A DNA stretch of 55,469 bases from Flavobacterium sp. (GTDB lineage: Bacteria; Bacteroidota; Bacteroidia; Flavobacteriales; Flavobacteriaceae). Below the pieces are notes generated by a model that was not told the origin of the DNA, did no database searches, and was given only the letters and a program-made list of their open reading frames with translations. The translations under genes were made by a program, and so were the position numbers. The stretch spans positions 1-55,469 of the forward strand of contig JBILPJ010000001.1 in NCBI GenBank assembly GCA_044373975.1, given 5' to 3'. Shown here piece by piece: positions 11,254-23,560 of this stretch (its first letter is position 1; each line of letters opens with the position of its first letter).

Positions 11254-11269
11254 ACGAAAACGTAATAGT
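11254..11269. promoter_or_regulatory. Possible LacI-family operator in the susC/LacI divergent region
   Basis: Imperfect palindrome ACGAAAAC|GTAATAGT centred on CG, as in LacI-type operators. Confidence 0.35.
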
Positions 11270-11369
11270 GTTGAAAAGTTTATGATTCGTTATTGAATTT
11301 AAGTTTAAATTTACAAATAATTAAAATTAAAATTATCTTTATTAAGAAATATTTATTTATCAATTTTAT

Positions 11370-12407
11370 ATGAGAAAAAAAATCACACTCAAACAAATTG
11401 CAAGGGAGCTCGATGTTTCGATTTCCACCGTTTCTAAATCGCTTCGTAATAGCTTGGAAATCAGCGAAGACACACGTCAAAAAGTCCAAGCTTTTGCGAA
11501 ATTTTATAATTATAAACCCAACAACATTGCACTCAGTTTAAAAAATAGAAAAACCAAAACTATTTGCATTATAATCCCAGAAATTATTCATCACTTTTTT
11601 ACTACAATTATTAGTGGAATTGAGCACATCGCAAATGAAAATGGATATAATGTTATTATATGTCTTTCAGACGAATCTTTTGACAAAGAAGTTATCAATA
11701 TGGAAACGCTTGCCAATGGAAATATTGATGGTTTTATAATGTCACTTTCTAAAGAAACACAACAAAAAAAGGACTTTCATCATATTACTGAAGTTATTAA
11801 TCAAGGAATGCCAGTGGTAATGTTTGATAGAATTACAAATGATATTCTTTGCGATAAAGTAATTATTGATGATCATTTGGCCGCTTTCAATGCTACTCAA
11901 TTTCTAATTGACAAAGGATTGAAAAAAATTGCATTAATTACCACTGTTGATTATGTAAGTGTAGGAAAATTACGAACTGATGGTTATAAAAAAGCATTAA
12001 AAAATAATGACATCAAATTGGACGAAAGTTTGATAATACGAATTGAAGACACGGAACATTTTGAGGATTCCATTGAAGATTTATTAAAAACAAAATCCGT
12101 TGACGCGATTTTTGCAGTAAATGAATTATTTGCAGTAACGGCTATTAAAGTGGCAGCCCGTTTGGGAATTAAAATCCCTGAAGAATTGTCAATAATAGGA
12201 TTTACAGATGGATTAATCTCTAAATATTCTTCGCCAAGCATTACAACTGTTGGACAAAATGGTGTAAAAATGGGAGCCAAAGCTGCAAAAATGCTGATTG
12301 AAAGATTGGAAATGGAAGAAATTGAAAATGAAGATGGCGAAATTGAAGAACACTACAAAACAGAAGTTATTGAAACGGAGCTTGTAGAACGAGAATCAAC
12401 AAAATAA
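11370..12407 (+). CDS. LacI-family transcriptional regulator of the starch/maltose locus
   Basis: N-terminal HTH ITLKQIARELDVSISTVSKSL, YKPN hinge, sugar-binding domain. Confidence 0.95.
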   Translation: MRKKITLKQIARELDVSISTVSKSLRNSLEISEDTRQKVQAFAKFYNYKPNNIALSLKNRKTKTICIIIPEIIHHFFTTIISGIEHIANENGYNVIICLSDESFDKEVINMETLANGNIDGFIMSLSKETQQKKDFHHITEVINQGMPVVMFDRITNDILCDKVIIDDHLAAFNATQFLIDKGLKKIALITTVDYVSVGKLRTDGYKKALKNNDIKLDESLIIRIEDTEHFEDSIEDLLKTKSVDAIFAVNELFAVTAIKVAARLGIKIPEELSIIGFTDGLISKYSSPSITTVGQNGVKMGAKAAKMLIERLEMEEIENEDGEIEEHYKTEVIETELVERESTK

Positions 12408-12552
12408 ATAAAAAATTATACTAAAAAAAGTTTTGCTCTAAAAAAAATTATATATTTACCGCAAATTATCAACGCTTATATTTTTACTTCGAAAATTTAA
12501 ATTAAGTTTTGATAAGCATAGCGCTTATCGTTCAAATCTTTAAAAAACGATA

Positions 12553-13908
12553 ATGGAAAAGCGTAAATTAAGTTTCTGGGAAATTTGGAACATGAGTTTC
12601 GGATTCTTAGGAATACAATTTGGTTTTGCTCTACAAGGAGGATTCATGTCACGAATTTTCCAAACTTTGGGAGCGGAACAAGATGCAATCCCTTTGCTTT
12701 GGATTGCAGCACCACTAACAGGTTTAATCGTTCAACCAATAATTGGATATATGTCAGATAATACTTGGCATCCAAAATTTGGAAGACGAAAACCGTATTT
12801 TTTGCTTGGTGCAATTTTGAGCTCATTAGCATTGCTTTTTGTTCCAAATTCACCAACTCTTTGGGTTGCTACGGGATTATTATGGGTTTTAGACGCTTCT
12901 ATCAATATTAGTATGGAGCCGTTTCGCGCACTTGTTGCCGACAAACTTCCCAATTCTCAAAGATCGTACGGATTTGTAATGCAAACCCTTATCATCGGAA
13001 TTGGAACTTGGATTGCCAGTAATTTACCGTGGATTGTAAACCAATTTGGAGTTTCAAATGAAGCAGACGCTGGCGTTTTGCCAATGTCTGTAAAAGTGGC
13101 TTTCGCAATTGGTGCATTTGTATTTATTACGAGTATTTTGTTTACAATTTTAACAACCAAAGAATATCCGCCAGAAGATATTGCCGTTTTTGAAGAAGAG
13201 AAAAAACAATCGAATTTTTTTACAGATATTTTTATAAGCCTGAAGGAAATGCCGTCAACAATGAAAAAACTCGGACTCGTCCAGTTTTTCAGTTGGTTTG
13301 CATTTTTCACAATGTGGAGTATGGCAACGCCTGCATTAACAGAACACGTTTTTAAAGCGCCTGCTCCAATCGAAAAAAATTATGATTTATCTAATAAAGG
13401 TGATACAGAAGCTTTCGATATTGCAAACACAAAATACCAAGACGCTGCAAATTTAGTAGGTTCTTCAATGGGTGTTTACGGATTATCCTCGATGGCTTTT
13501 GCATTATTATTGACATTTTACACAGCTAAGAAAAAAATTAACAGAAAATACATTCATATGCTTTCTTTAATTTTAGGTGGAATTGGATTTATTATGATGT
13601 TCTATGCAACTCCTGAAACATTACTTTATTCCTTTATATTAATCGGAATTTCGTGGGGAAGTATTTTATCTATGCCTTATGCGATGCTTTCGAGTGCTGT
13701 AGATCCAAAGAAAATGGGAACAATGATGGGTTTATTCAATATGTTCATTGTTATTCCACAAATAATTGCTGCACTTGGAGCGATTAACTTCCTTTACAAA
13801 TTAATTGGCAATGACATCATTAATTCGATGACATTGGCTGGAATTTCATTGCTTCTTGGAGGAATTAGCACACTTTTAATAACGGATAAAAACGCCATTA
13901 CAGATTAA
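12553..13908 (+). CDS. MFS maltose/sugar transporter (SLC45/GPH-like)
   Basis: WNMSFGFLGIQFGFALQ, QPIIGYMSD..GRRKPY; about 12 hydrophobic segments. Confidence 0.9.
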   Translation: MEKRKLSFWEIWNMSFGFLGIQFGFALQGGFMSRIFQTLGAEQDAIPLLWIAAPLTGLIVQPIIGYMSDNTWHPKFGRRKPYFLLGAILSSLALLFVPNSPTLWVATGLLWVLDASINISMEPFRALVADKLPNSQRSYGFVMQTLIIGIGTWIASNLPWIVNQFGVSNEADAGVLPMSVKVAFAIGAFVFITSILFTILTTKEYPPEDIAVFEEEKKQSNFFTDIFISLKEMPSTMKKLGLVQFFSWFAFFTMWSMATPALTEHVFKAPAPIEKNYDLSNKGDTEAFDIANTKYQDAANLVGSSMGVYGLSSMAFALLLTFYTAKKKINRKYIHMLSLILGGIGFIMMFYATPETLLYSFILIGISWGSILSMPYAMLSSAVDPKKMGTMMGLFNMFIVIPQIIAALGAINFLYKLIGNDIINSMTLAGISLLLGGISTLLITDKNAITD

Positions 13909-13915
13909 AACTACA

Positions 13916-14569
13916 ATGAATAAAAAAGCATTTATTTTCGACCTTGACGGTGTAATTGTTGACACAGCAAAATATCATTTTATTGCTTGGCAAAAAATTG
14001 CAACAGCACTTGGAATCGAATTTACATTAGAAAACAATGAACAATTAAAGGGAGTTAGCCGCGTGCGTTCCCTTGAATTGATATTAGAATTAGGAAAAAT
14101 AACCGCTTCTCAAGAAGACAAAAACAAATGGTTAATTCAAAAAAATGAAAACTATTTGTCCTATTTAGTTGATATGGATGAAAGTGAATTGTTGCCCGGA
14201 ATTCTCCCAATATTAAAATATTTAAAAGAGAATAACCAAAAAATTGCTTTGGGTTCTGCTAGTAAAAATGCAAGACCTATTTTAGAAAAAACAGGAATAC
14301 TTCATTATTTTGATGCAATTGTTGATGGAAATGATGTTTCAAATGCAAAACCAGATCCCGAAGTATTTTTGCAAGCCGCAAAATTATTAGGAATAAGTAA
14401 TGAAAATTCAATTGTATTTGAAGATTCTGTTGCAGGAATTCAAGCTGCAAATACTGCAAAAATGACAAGTATCGGAATTGGAGAAAATAAAATTCTCTTT
14501 GAAGCCGATTTCATTTTTGGAGATTTTACTCATATAGATAAAGAATTTATCGAGAAGTTAATTAATTAA
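13916..14569 (+). CDS. pgmB: Beta-phosphoglucomutase
   Basis: HAD motifs FDLDGVIVDTA, SASKNA, KPDPEVF, FEDS; adjacent to GH65. Confidence 0.95.
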   Translation: MNKKAFIFDLDGVIVDTAKYHFIAWQKIATALGIEFTLENNEQLKGVSRVRSLELILELGKITASQEDKNKWLIQKNENYLSYLVDMDESELLPGILPILKYLKENNQKIALGSASKNARPILEKTGILHYFDAIVDGNDVSNAKPDPEVFLQAAKLLGISNENSIVFEDSVAGIQAANTAKMTSIGIGENKILFEADFIFGDFTHIDKEFIEKLIN

Positions 14570-14652
14570 AAGATTCAATGATTGAATAATTAAAAAATTA
14601 TAGAAATAGAATCTTTAAATTTTTAATTTTTCAATCTTTAAATATAAAAAGA

Positions 14653-16959
14653 ATGAACCAAGATTATATTAAGCCAAATAGTTGGTCAATTATAGAAGAA
14701 GGATTTGACAAAGAAAGCGTCAAATCATCCGAAAGCCTTTTCAGTATTGGAAATGGTGCTATGGGACAACGCGCTAATTTTGAAGAAAATTATACCGGAG
14801 AAACATTTCAAGGAAGTTATATCGCAGGAATTTATTATCCTGACAAAACAAAAGTGGGCTGGTGGAAAAACGGCTATCCTGAATATTTCGCCAAAGTATT
14901 AAACGCACCAAATTGGATTGGTATTGACATTGAAATCAACGAGGAACAACTCGATTTAAATACGTGCAAAGCGGTAAAAAACTTTCGCCGAGAATTGAAT
15001 ATGCAAGAAGGTTGGTATAATCGTTCTTTTGAAGCTACGTTGCAAAACGGAACTGAAATTGCCGTAAATATCCGTCGTTTTTTGTCATTAGATTTAGATG
15101 AATTGGGTGTTATTAATTATGAAATTACACCAATAAATAAAGAGGCAAAAATTATATTTAAACCTTATATTGATGCTGGAGTTTCCAATGAAGATGCGAA
15201 TTGGGAAGAAAAATTCTGGGAACCTCTTGCCGTGAAAAACTCTGGAAATGCAGCATTTGTAACTGCACAGACTTTTAAAACGCATTTTGTAGCAACCACA
15301 TTTATGCAAAATTCTATTTTCATAAATGATAAAAATCAAAATTCCTATCCAAACGATTGCACTTCAACTTCAGAAAAAATTCAATTTGACTATTTTGTAA
15401 ATGCCGCTCAAGGCGAAAAAATAACAATCCAAAAAATAGGAGGTTACACGGTTTCTTTAAACCACGAAAACACTCAAATTGCAGCAGAAAATGTAATCGA
15501 AAAAGCACTAGACTTAGGGTATAACCAATTGTTAGAAAATCAAATTCAAGCTTGGGCGAAAATTTGGGAAATGTCAGACATTACTATTGATGGCGATATC
15601 AAAGCGCAACAAGGTATTCGTTTTAATATTTTTCAATTGAACCAAACCTATTTAGGGAAAGATTCTCGATTGAATATTGGTCCAAAAGGTTTCACCGGCG
15701 AAAAATATGGTGGCTCTACTTATTGGGACACCGAAGCCTATTGTATTCCATTTTATATGGCGACAAAAGACCAAAAAGTAGCTCGAAATTTATTGACATA
15801 TCGCTACAATCAATTGGATAAAGCAATTGAAAACGCAGCAAAATTAGGCTTTACAAATGGAGCTGCTTTGTATCCAATGGTGACAATGAATGGCGAAGAA
15901 TGTCATAACGAATGGGAAATTACATTTGAAGAAATTCATAGAAATGGAGCCATTGCTTTTGCAATTTTCAATTATCATCGTTTCACTGGTGATTATTCCT
16001 ATATTCCTGAAAAAGGATTGGAAGTATTGATTGGAATTGCCCGTTTTTGGCATCAAAGAGCAACATTTTCAGCTAATTTAAATCAATATGTAATTCTTGG
16101 AGTTACTGGTCCAAATGAATATGAAAATAACGTAAACAATAATTTTTATACCAATTATATTGCAAAATGGTGTTTGGAATATACCTACGAACAAATTCAA
16201 AAAGTAGCGCTTGAATATCCATCAGATCATAAAAGAATTTCTGAAAAAGTAAAAATATCAGATTCAGAATTGCAATCTTGGAAAAAAGTATCTTCAAATA
16301 TGTATTTTCCATTTTCCAAAGATTTAGACATTTACCTTCAACAAGATGGGTTCTTGGATAAGGAATTAGTGAAAGTTGCCGATTTAGATAAAAGCCAAAG
16401 ACCGATTAATCAAAAATGGTCTTGGGATAGAATTTTGCGCTCGCCATATATCAAACAAGCCGATGTTTTGCAATGTTTTTATTTCTTTGAAGAACATTTT
16501 TCTAAAGAAGAATTAAAACGAAATTTCGAGTTTTATGAAGCTTTTACCGTTCACGAAAGTTCGCTTTCGCCTTGCGTACATTCTATTCAAGCAGCGGTTT
16601 TAGACAAAATGGATATGGCCTATACTTTCTATTTGAGAACGTCTCGTTTGGATTTAGACGATTACAATAAAGAAGTGGAAGAAGGCTGTCACATTACCTC
16701 AATGGCGGGAACTTGGATGAGTATTGTTGAAGGTTTTGGAGGAATGCGTGTCAAAAATGATGCATTACATTTTGCACCAAAAATCCCAAAGGAATGGGAA
16801 GGTTATTCGTTTAAAATCAATTTCAGAAACCAAATACTTAAAGTTGCCGTTAATCAAAACGAAACTAATTTTTCTTTAGAAGGAAATCATATTATTTCGG
16901 TTAATGTAAATGGAAAAGAAGTAATTGTGGAACCAAATAGTTTAGTAACTGTTAAATAA
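14653..16959 (+). CDS. GH65 maltose phosphorylase-like protein
   Basis: ESLFSIGNG, GPKGFTGEKYGGSTYWDTE, GPNEYE, KQADV, HESSLS motifs. Confidence 0.93.
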   Translation: MNQDYIKPNSWSIIEEGFDKESVKSSESLFSIGNGAMGQRANFEENYTGETFQGSYIAGIYYPDKTKVGWWKNGYPEYFAKVLNAPNWIGIDIEINEEQLDLNTCKAVKNFRRELNMQEGWYNRSFEATLQNGTEIAVNIRRFLSLDLDELGVINYEITPINKEAKIIFKPYIDAGVSNEDANWEEKFWEPLAVKNSGNAAFVTAQTFKTHFVATTFMQNSIFINDKNQNSYPNDCTSTSEKIQFDYFVNAAQGEKITIQKIGGYTVSLNHENTQIAAENVIEKALDLGYNQLLENQIQAWAKIWEMSDITIDGDIKAQQGIRFNIFQLNQTYLGKDSRLNIGPKGFTGEKYGGSTYWDTEAYCIPFYMATKDQKVARNLLTYRYNQLDKAIENAAKLGFTNGAALYPMVTMNGEECHNEWEITFEEIHRNGAIAFAIFNYHRFTGDYSYIPEKGLEVLIGIARFWHQRATFSANLNQYVILGVTGPNEYENNVNNNFYTNYIAKWCLEYTYEQIQKVALEYPSDHKRISEKVKISDSELQSWKKVSSNMYFPFSKDLDIYLQQDGFLDKELVKVADLDKSQRPINQKWSWDRILRSPYIKQADVLQCFYFFEEHFSKEELKRNFEFYEAFTVHESSLSPCVHSIQAAVLDKMDMAYTFYLRTSRLDLDDYNKEVEEGCHITSMAGTWMSIVEGFGGMRVKNDALHFAPKIPKEWEGYSFKINFRNQILKVAVNQNETNFSLEGNHIISVNVNGKEVIVEPNSLVTVK

Positions 16960-19083
<2,124 letters not shown>

Positions 19084-19100
19084 ACTATAAATTGAACCAA

Positions 19101-20936
19101 ATGAAAAAATACATTTTAGCCCTTTTAATACTTTTCAATTTCGTTTCAAACGCACAAATTGACCGTGTTGAACCCCCATTTTGGTGGAGCGATATGAATC
19201 TTTCCGAGGTTCAAATTATGTTCTATGGGAAAAATATTGCTCAAAATGAAGTTGCTGTTTCAAGTGGATTGGTAATCAAAACCATTCAAAAAACAGAAAA
19301 TCCAAATTATCTATTTGTAACCGTTGACACAAAAAATGTAGCGGCACAAGATTTTGTATTTACATTCAAAAATGGCAAAAAATCATTTACACAAAATTAT
19401 ACTCTAAAATCAAGAAGAGAAAATTCAAAATTTCGTAAAAGCTACGATGCTTCGGATGTGATTTATCTTATTATGCCCGATCGTTTTGCCAATGGAAATC
19501 CAGATAATGACAGTTCAAAAAACACTTCAGAAAAATCTAATCGCACAAATCCTGGCGGAAGACACGGTGGCGATATTGAAGGAATTATCAATAATTTAGA
19601 TTACATCAAAGAACTTGGAGCGACAGCACTTTGGCCAACGCCACTTTGCGAAGACAACGACGAAAATTATTCCTACCACGGTTACGGGCAATCCGATGTT
19701 TATAAAATGGATCCTCGCTATGGAACCAACGAAGATTATGTGCGATTGAGTGCTGAATTGCATCAACGCGGAATGAAAAATATTATGGATTATGTTACTA
19801 ATCATTGGGGTTGGAAACATTGGATGTACAACGATTTACCAACGTATAATTGGATTCATCAATTTCCTGGTTATTCGCAATCTAATTACAGAATGACGAC
19901 GCAATTTGACAAAAATGCTTCTAAAATTGATACAAAAAACTGTTTGGACGGCTGGTTTGTGCCTTCAATGCCCGACTTAAATCAATCGAATCCTTTGGTG
20001 TTAAACTATTTGACACAAAATGCAATTTGGTGGATTGAATATGCGGACTTAGACGGATTTAGAGTTGATACGTATTCGTATAACGACAAAGAAGGAATTT
20101 CAAAATGGACCAAAGCTATCACTGATGAATATCCACATTTTAATATTGTAGGAGAAGTTTGGATGCACAATCAAGCGCAAATGGCGTTTTGGCAAAAAGA
20201 CAGTAAAATTGGAGCTATAGAAAGTTATAATTCCAATTTGCCAAGTGTAATGGATTTTACTTTGCACGATGCAATTGGCAATGTTTTCAATCAAGATAAT
20301 CAATCTTGGGACAGAGGAATGATTCAGGTTTACGACAATTTTACCAATGATTTTCTTTACCCAAATCCTGATAATTTATTAGTATTTGTAGAAAATCACG
20401 ACACAGGACGTTTCAATGAAATTTATAAAAATGATTTCAAAAAATACCAAATGGCAATGACTTTAATTGCTACAATCAGGGGGATTCCACAGTTGTATTA
20501 TGGTTCAGAAATTGGTATGAATGGCGACAAAGGAAAAGGAGATGCCGATATTAGAAGAGATTTTCCCGGAGGTTGGAAAGGCGATTCAAATAATGCTTTT
20601 ACAAAACAAGGAAGAACAGCAGAACAACAAAAATTCTTTGATTTTTCATCTAAATTATTCACTTGGAGAAAATCCAAAGACGTAATTCATTCAGGAAAAA
20701 CGACGCATTATATTCCTGAAAATAATATTTATGTGTATTTTAGATACAATGAAAAAGAAACGGTAATGGTTGTAATCAATAACAATTCTGAAAAACAAAT
20801 TTTAAAAACGAATCGATTTAAAGAAAATATTCAAAATTTCAAATCTGGAAAAGAAGTGTTGTCGGGCAAAATAGTTGATTTAAATACTGAAATTGAAATC
20901 GAAGGAAAATCAGCTTTGATTTTAGAATTGAAATAA
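19101..20936 (+). CDS. GH13 cyclomaltodextrinase/neopullulanase (SusA-like)
   Basis: RVEPPFWW N-domain, YLIMPDRFANG, DGFRVDT, GEVW, ENHD; ATG 19101 (alternative TTG 19092). Confidence 0.9.
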   Translation: MKKYILALLILFNFVSNAQIDRVEPPFWWSDMNLSEVQIMFYGKNIAQNEVAVSSGLVIKTIQKTENPNYLFVTVDTKNVAAQDFVFTFKNGKKSFTQNYTLKSRRENSKFRKSYDASDVIYLIMPDRFANGNPDNDSSKNTSEKSNRTNPGGRHGGDIEGIINNLDYIKELGATALWPTPLCEDNDENYSYHGYGQSDVYKMDPRYGTNEDYVRLSAELHQRGMKNIMDYVTNHWGWKHWMYNDLPTYNWIHQFPGYSQSNYRMTTQFDKNASKIDTKNCLDGWFVPSMPDLNQSNPLVLNYLTQNAIWWIEYADLDGFRVDTYSYNDKEGISKWTKAITDEYPHFNIVGEVWMHNQAQMAFWQKDSKIGAIESYNSNLPSVMDFTLHDAIGNVFNQDNQSWDRGMIQVYDNFTNDFLYPNPDNLLVFVENHDTGRFNEIYKNDFKKYQMAMTLIATIRGIPQLYYGSEIGMNGDKGKGDADIRRDFPGGWKGDSNNAFTKQGRTAEQQKFFDFSSKLFTWRKSKDVIHSGKTTHYIPENNIYVYFRYNEKETVMVVINNNSEKQILKTNRFKENIQNFKSGKEVLSGKIVDLNTEIEIEGKSALILELK

Positions 20937-20937
20937 T

Positions 20938-21879
20938 ATGCAAAAGTTTCTGATTCCATTTTTATTTATGACTTTACTATCATTTGCGCAAAGCAAAATG
21001 GAGATGAAACAACTCATTGATTCAGAGAAATTTCAAGGAGTAATAAATAGAATCGACAGTTTTCCAACAAAATTTATTTCGCCAAGAACGGTTGATATTT
21101 GGTTGCCGTCAGATTATTCAAAAAGAAAAAAATACAGCGTAATTTATATGCACGATGGGCAAATGCTTTTTGACGCCACAACAACTTGGAACAAGCAAGA
21201 ATGGAGGGTTGACGACGTAATTACCAAATTATCAGTTGAAAATAAAATTGAAAATGTGATTGTGGTTGCCATTTGGAATATTCCAACTTTGCGTCACAAC
21301 GATTTATTTCCAAAAAAACCTTTAGAAAATTTAACGCAAGAACAGCAAGATTTAATTTTAGAAAAAGCGAAAAAATTCGGTTATACTTTCACTTTTGAAG
21401 CAGTTAATTCTGACAACTATTTGAAATTTATTGTCGAAGAATTAAAACCATTTGTTGACACGAATTTTTCAGTTTACACCGATGCAAATCACACTGCAAT
21501 AATGGGTTCAAGTATGGGCGGATTAATTTCGATGTATGCCATTTGCGAATATCCAAAAGTATTTGGAAAAGCCGCTTGTTTATCAACGCATTGGATTGGT
21601 TTTCGGGAATTTGAAAACAATCCAATTCCTGAAAGCTTTTTTTCTTATATTAAGGAAAAATTACCAAATCCAAAAAATCACAAGCTCTATTTTGATTACG
21701 GAACTGAAACTTTGGATGCCGATTATTTAAAATATGAATATCGAGTTGACGAAATTTTAAAAGAAAAAGGATACAATCAAATGAATTCTAAAAATTTGAA
21801 ATTTGAAGGCGAAAATCATTCGGAAGCATCGTGGCAAAAAAGAATACATATTCCCATAGAATTTATGTTTGGAAAATAA
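20938..21879 (+). CDS. Alpha/beta hydrolase, putative esterase
   Basis: YMHDGQMLFD, GSSMGG nucleophile elbow, H-S-E..W near C-terminus. Confidence 0.85.
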   Translation: MQKFLIPFLFMTLLSFAQSKMEMKQLIDSEKFQGVINRIDSFPTKFISPRTVDIWLPSDYSKRKKYSVIYMHDGQMLFDATTTWNKQEWRVDDVITKLSVENKIENVIVVAIWNIPTLRHNDLFPKKPLENLTQEQQDLILEKAKKFGYTFTFEAVNSDNYLKFIVEELKPFVDTNFSVYTDANHTAIMGSSMGGLISMYAICEYPKVFGKAACLSTHWIGFREFENNPIPESFFSYIKEKLPNPKNHKLYFDYGTETLDADYLKYEYRVDEILKEKGYNQMNSKNLKFEGENHSEASWQKRIHIPIEFMFGK

Positions 21880-22009
21880 TATATTGTTTCAGGGTTTAGA
21901 AATAGAGATTCATCCAATTTACACAATAGAAAATCTGTTAAAATCTGTGAAAATCTGTGGCAAAAAAAACGAAGCAATGCTTCAGCGAATAAAACTTAAA
22001 AATTAAAAT

Positions 22010-23455
22010 ATGAAAAAATTACTTTTATCAGCATTCCTACTTTCAACTTTAATTAGTTGCAAAAAAGAAAGTTCTGAAAAATCAGCTTCAACAGAAAAAG
22101 GACAACAAATAGCCGCTTTAACTTCAGAAGTAGAAGAAAACGCAGTACTTTATGAAGTCAATATTCGCCAATATTCCCCTAAAGGAACATTTAACGCTTT
22201 CACAAAAGACATTCCACAACTTAAAGAATTGGGAATTAAAATCATTTGGGTAATGCCAATTTTTCCAATTTCACAAACCAAAAGAAAAGCAACTGGTGGC
22301 GATAACAGCAAATTTGCAAGTGAAATGCCTAAAGAAGAACAATCAAAATATCTGGGAAGTTATTACGCCGTTTCTGATTTCAAAAAAGTAAATCCTGAAT
22401 TTGGAACCATTGAAGATTTTAGAAATATGGTGAAAACAGCTCACGAAAACGGCATTTATGTAATTTTAGACTGGGTTCCAAATCACACAGGTTGGGATCA
22501 TATTTGGATAAAAAAACATCCAGAATATTACACGCACAATGAAAAAGGTGAAATAATTGACCCAATAAACCCTGAAAACGGAAAATCTTGGGGCTGGACA
22601 GATGTTGCCGATTTGAATTATGATAACAAAGGATTGCGTGCAGCAATGACTGGCGATATGTTGCATTGGATAAAAAACGAAAACATTGATGGCTTCCGTT
22701 GTGATGTGGCAAGTAATGTTCCAACAGATTTTTGGCAAGATGCGATTCCAAAATTGCGAAAAGTGAAAAACTTATTTATGCTTGCCGAAGCTTGGCAACC
22801 TGAATTGTTGAAAACGAATTTATTTGATATGTGTTACGGTTGGGAAACGCATCATATTATGAACAGAATTGCGAAAGGCGAAAATACTGTTGCAGACTGG
22901 GATAAAAACATAAAAGATAATTCTAAAAAATATGAAGCCAATGATATTTTGATGAATTTTGTTGACAATCACGACGAAAATTCTTGGAACGGAACTATGA
23001 AAAGTCGTTTAGGAAATGCCGAAGAAACAATGACTGCTTTGTCTTATTTAACACCTGGAATGCCATTGGTTTATAGCGGAGACGAATATGGATTGGATAA
23101 AAGTTTGAAATTCTTTGAAAAAGATTCTATTCCAAAAACAAAAGGAAAACAATGGGAATGGCGTGCAAAATTAGGCAAACTTAAAAATGAAAATAGTGCT
23201 TTAAACGGTGGAAAAAATCCAGCTTCCTATACACGAATTTCAACTTCTGATGATTCCAAAATAGTAGCATTTGAAAGAGTAAAAGGAGCGAAAAAAGTAA
23301 TTTATCTTGGTAATTTAACTAAAGACACAGCGGCATTTTCAGTAGCATTTGATGGAAATTACACCAATTATATGACAGGCGAAAAAGTAAGTTTTTCAAA
23401 AAATCAAAAAATCACTTTCAAACCTTGGGAATATAAAATTTTAATTGCCGAATAA
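22010..23455 (+). CDS. GH13 alpha-amylase family lipoprotein
   Basis: Lipobox LISC; DWVPNH, DGFRCDVA, LAEA, NHDEN. Confidence 0.9.
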   Translation: MKKLLLSAFLLSTLISCKKESSEKSASTEKGQQIAALTSEVEENAVLYEVNIRQYSPKGTFNAFTKDIPQLKELGIKIIWVMPIFPISQTKRKATGGDNSKFASEMPKEEQSKYLGSYYAVSDFKKVNPEFGTIEDFRNMVKTAHENGIYVILDWVPNHTGWDHIWIKKHPEYYTHNEKGEIIDPINPENGKSWGWTDVADLNYDNKGLRAAMTGDMLHWIKNENIDGFRCDVASNVPTDFWQDAIPKLRKVKNLFMLAEAWQPELLKTNLFDMCYGWETHHIMNRIAKGENTVADWDKNIKDNSKKYEANDILMNFVDNHDENSWNGTMKSRLGNAEETMTALSYLTPGMPLVYSGDEYGLDKSLKFFEKDSIPKTKGKQWEWRAKLGKLKNENSALNGGKNPASYTRISTSDDSKIVAFERVKGAKKVIYLGNLTKDTAAFSVAFDGNYTNYMTGEKVSFSKNQKITFKPWEYKILIAE

Positions 23456-23476
23456 GCATTTCAAAATACTTAAAAT

Positions 23477-23507
23477 AGCACAAATCAGTTGGGTTTGTGC
23501 TTTTTTT
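23477..23507 (+). terminator. Intrinsic terminator ending the maltose operon
   Basis: agcacaaatc-agttg-ggtttgtgct followed by a T run. Confidence 0.75.
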
Positions 23508-23515
23508 ATTTTAGC

Positions 23516-23523
23516 TACCTTTG
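23516..23523 (+). promoter_or_regulatory. Bacteroidetes -7 promoter element
   Basis: TACCTTTG matches TAnnTTTG, about 40 bp upstream of the ATG at 23561. Confidence 0.6.
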
Positions 23524-23560
23524 CACTTTATCAAAGTCAAGCACTTTGAAAAATTAATAT

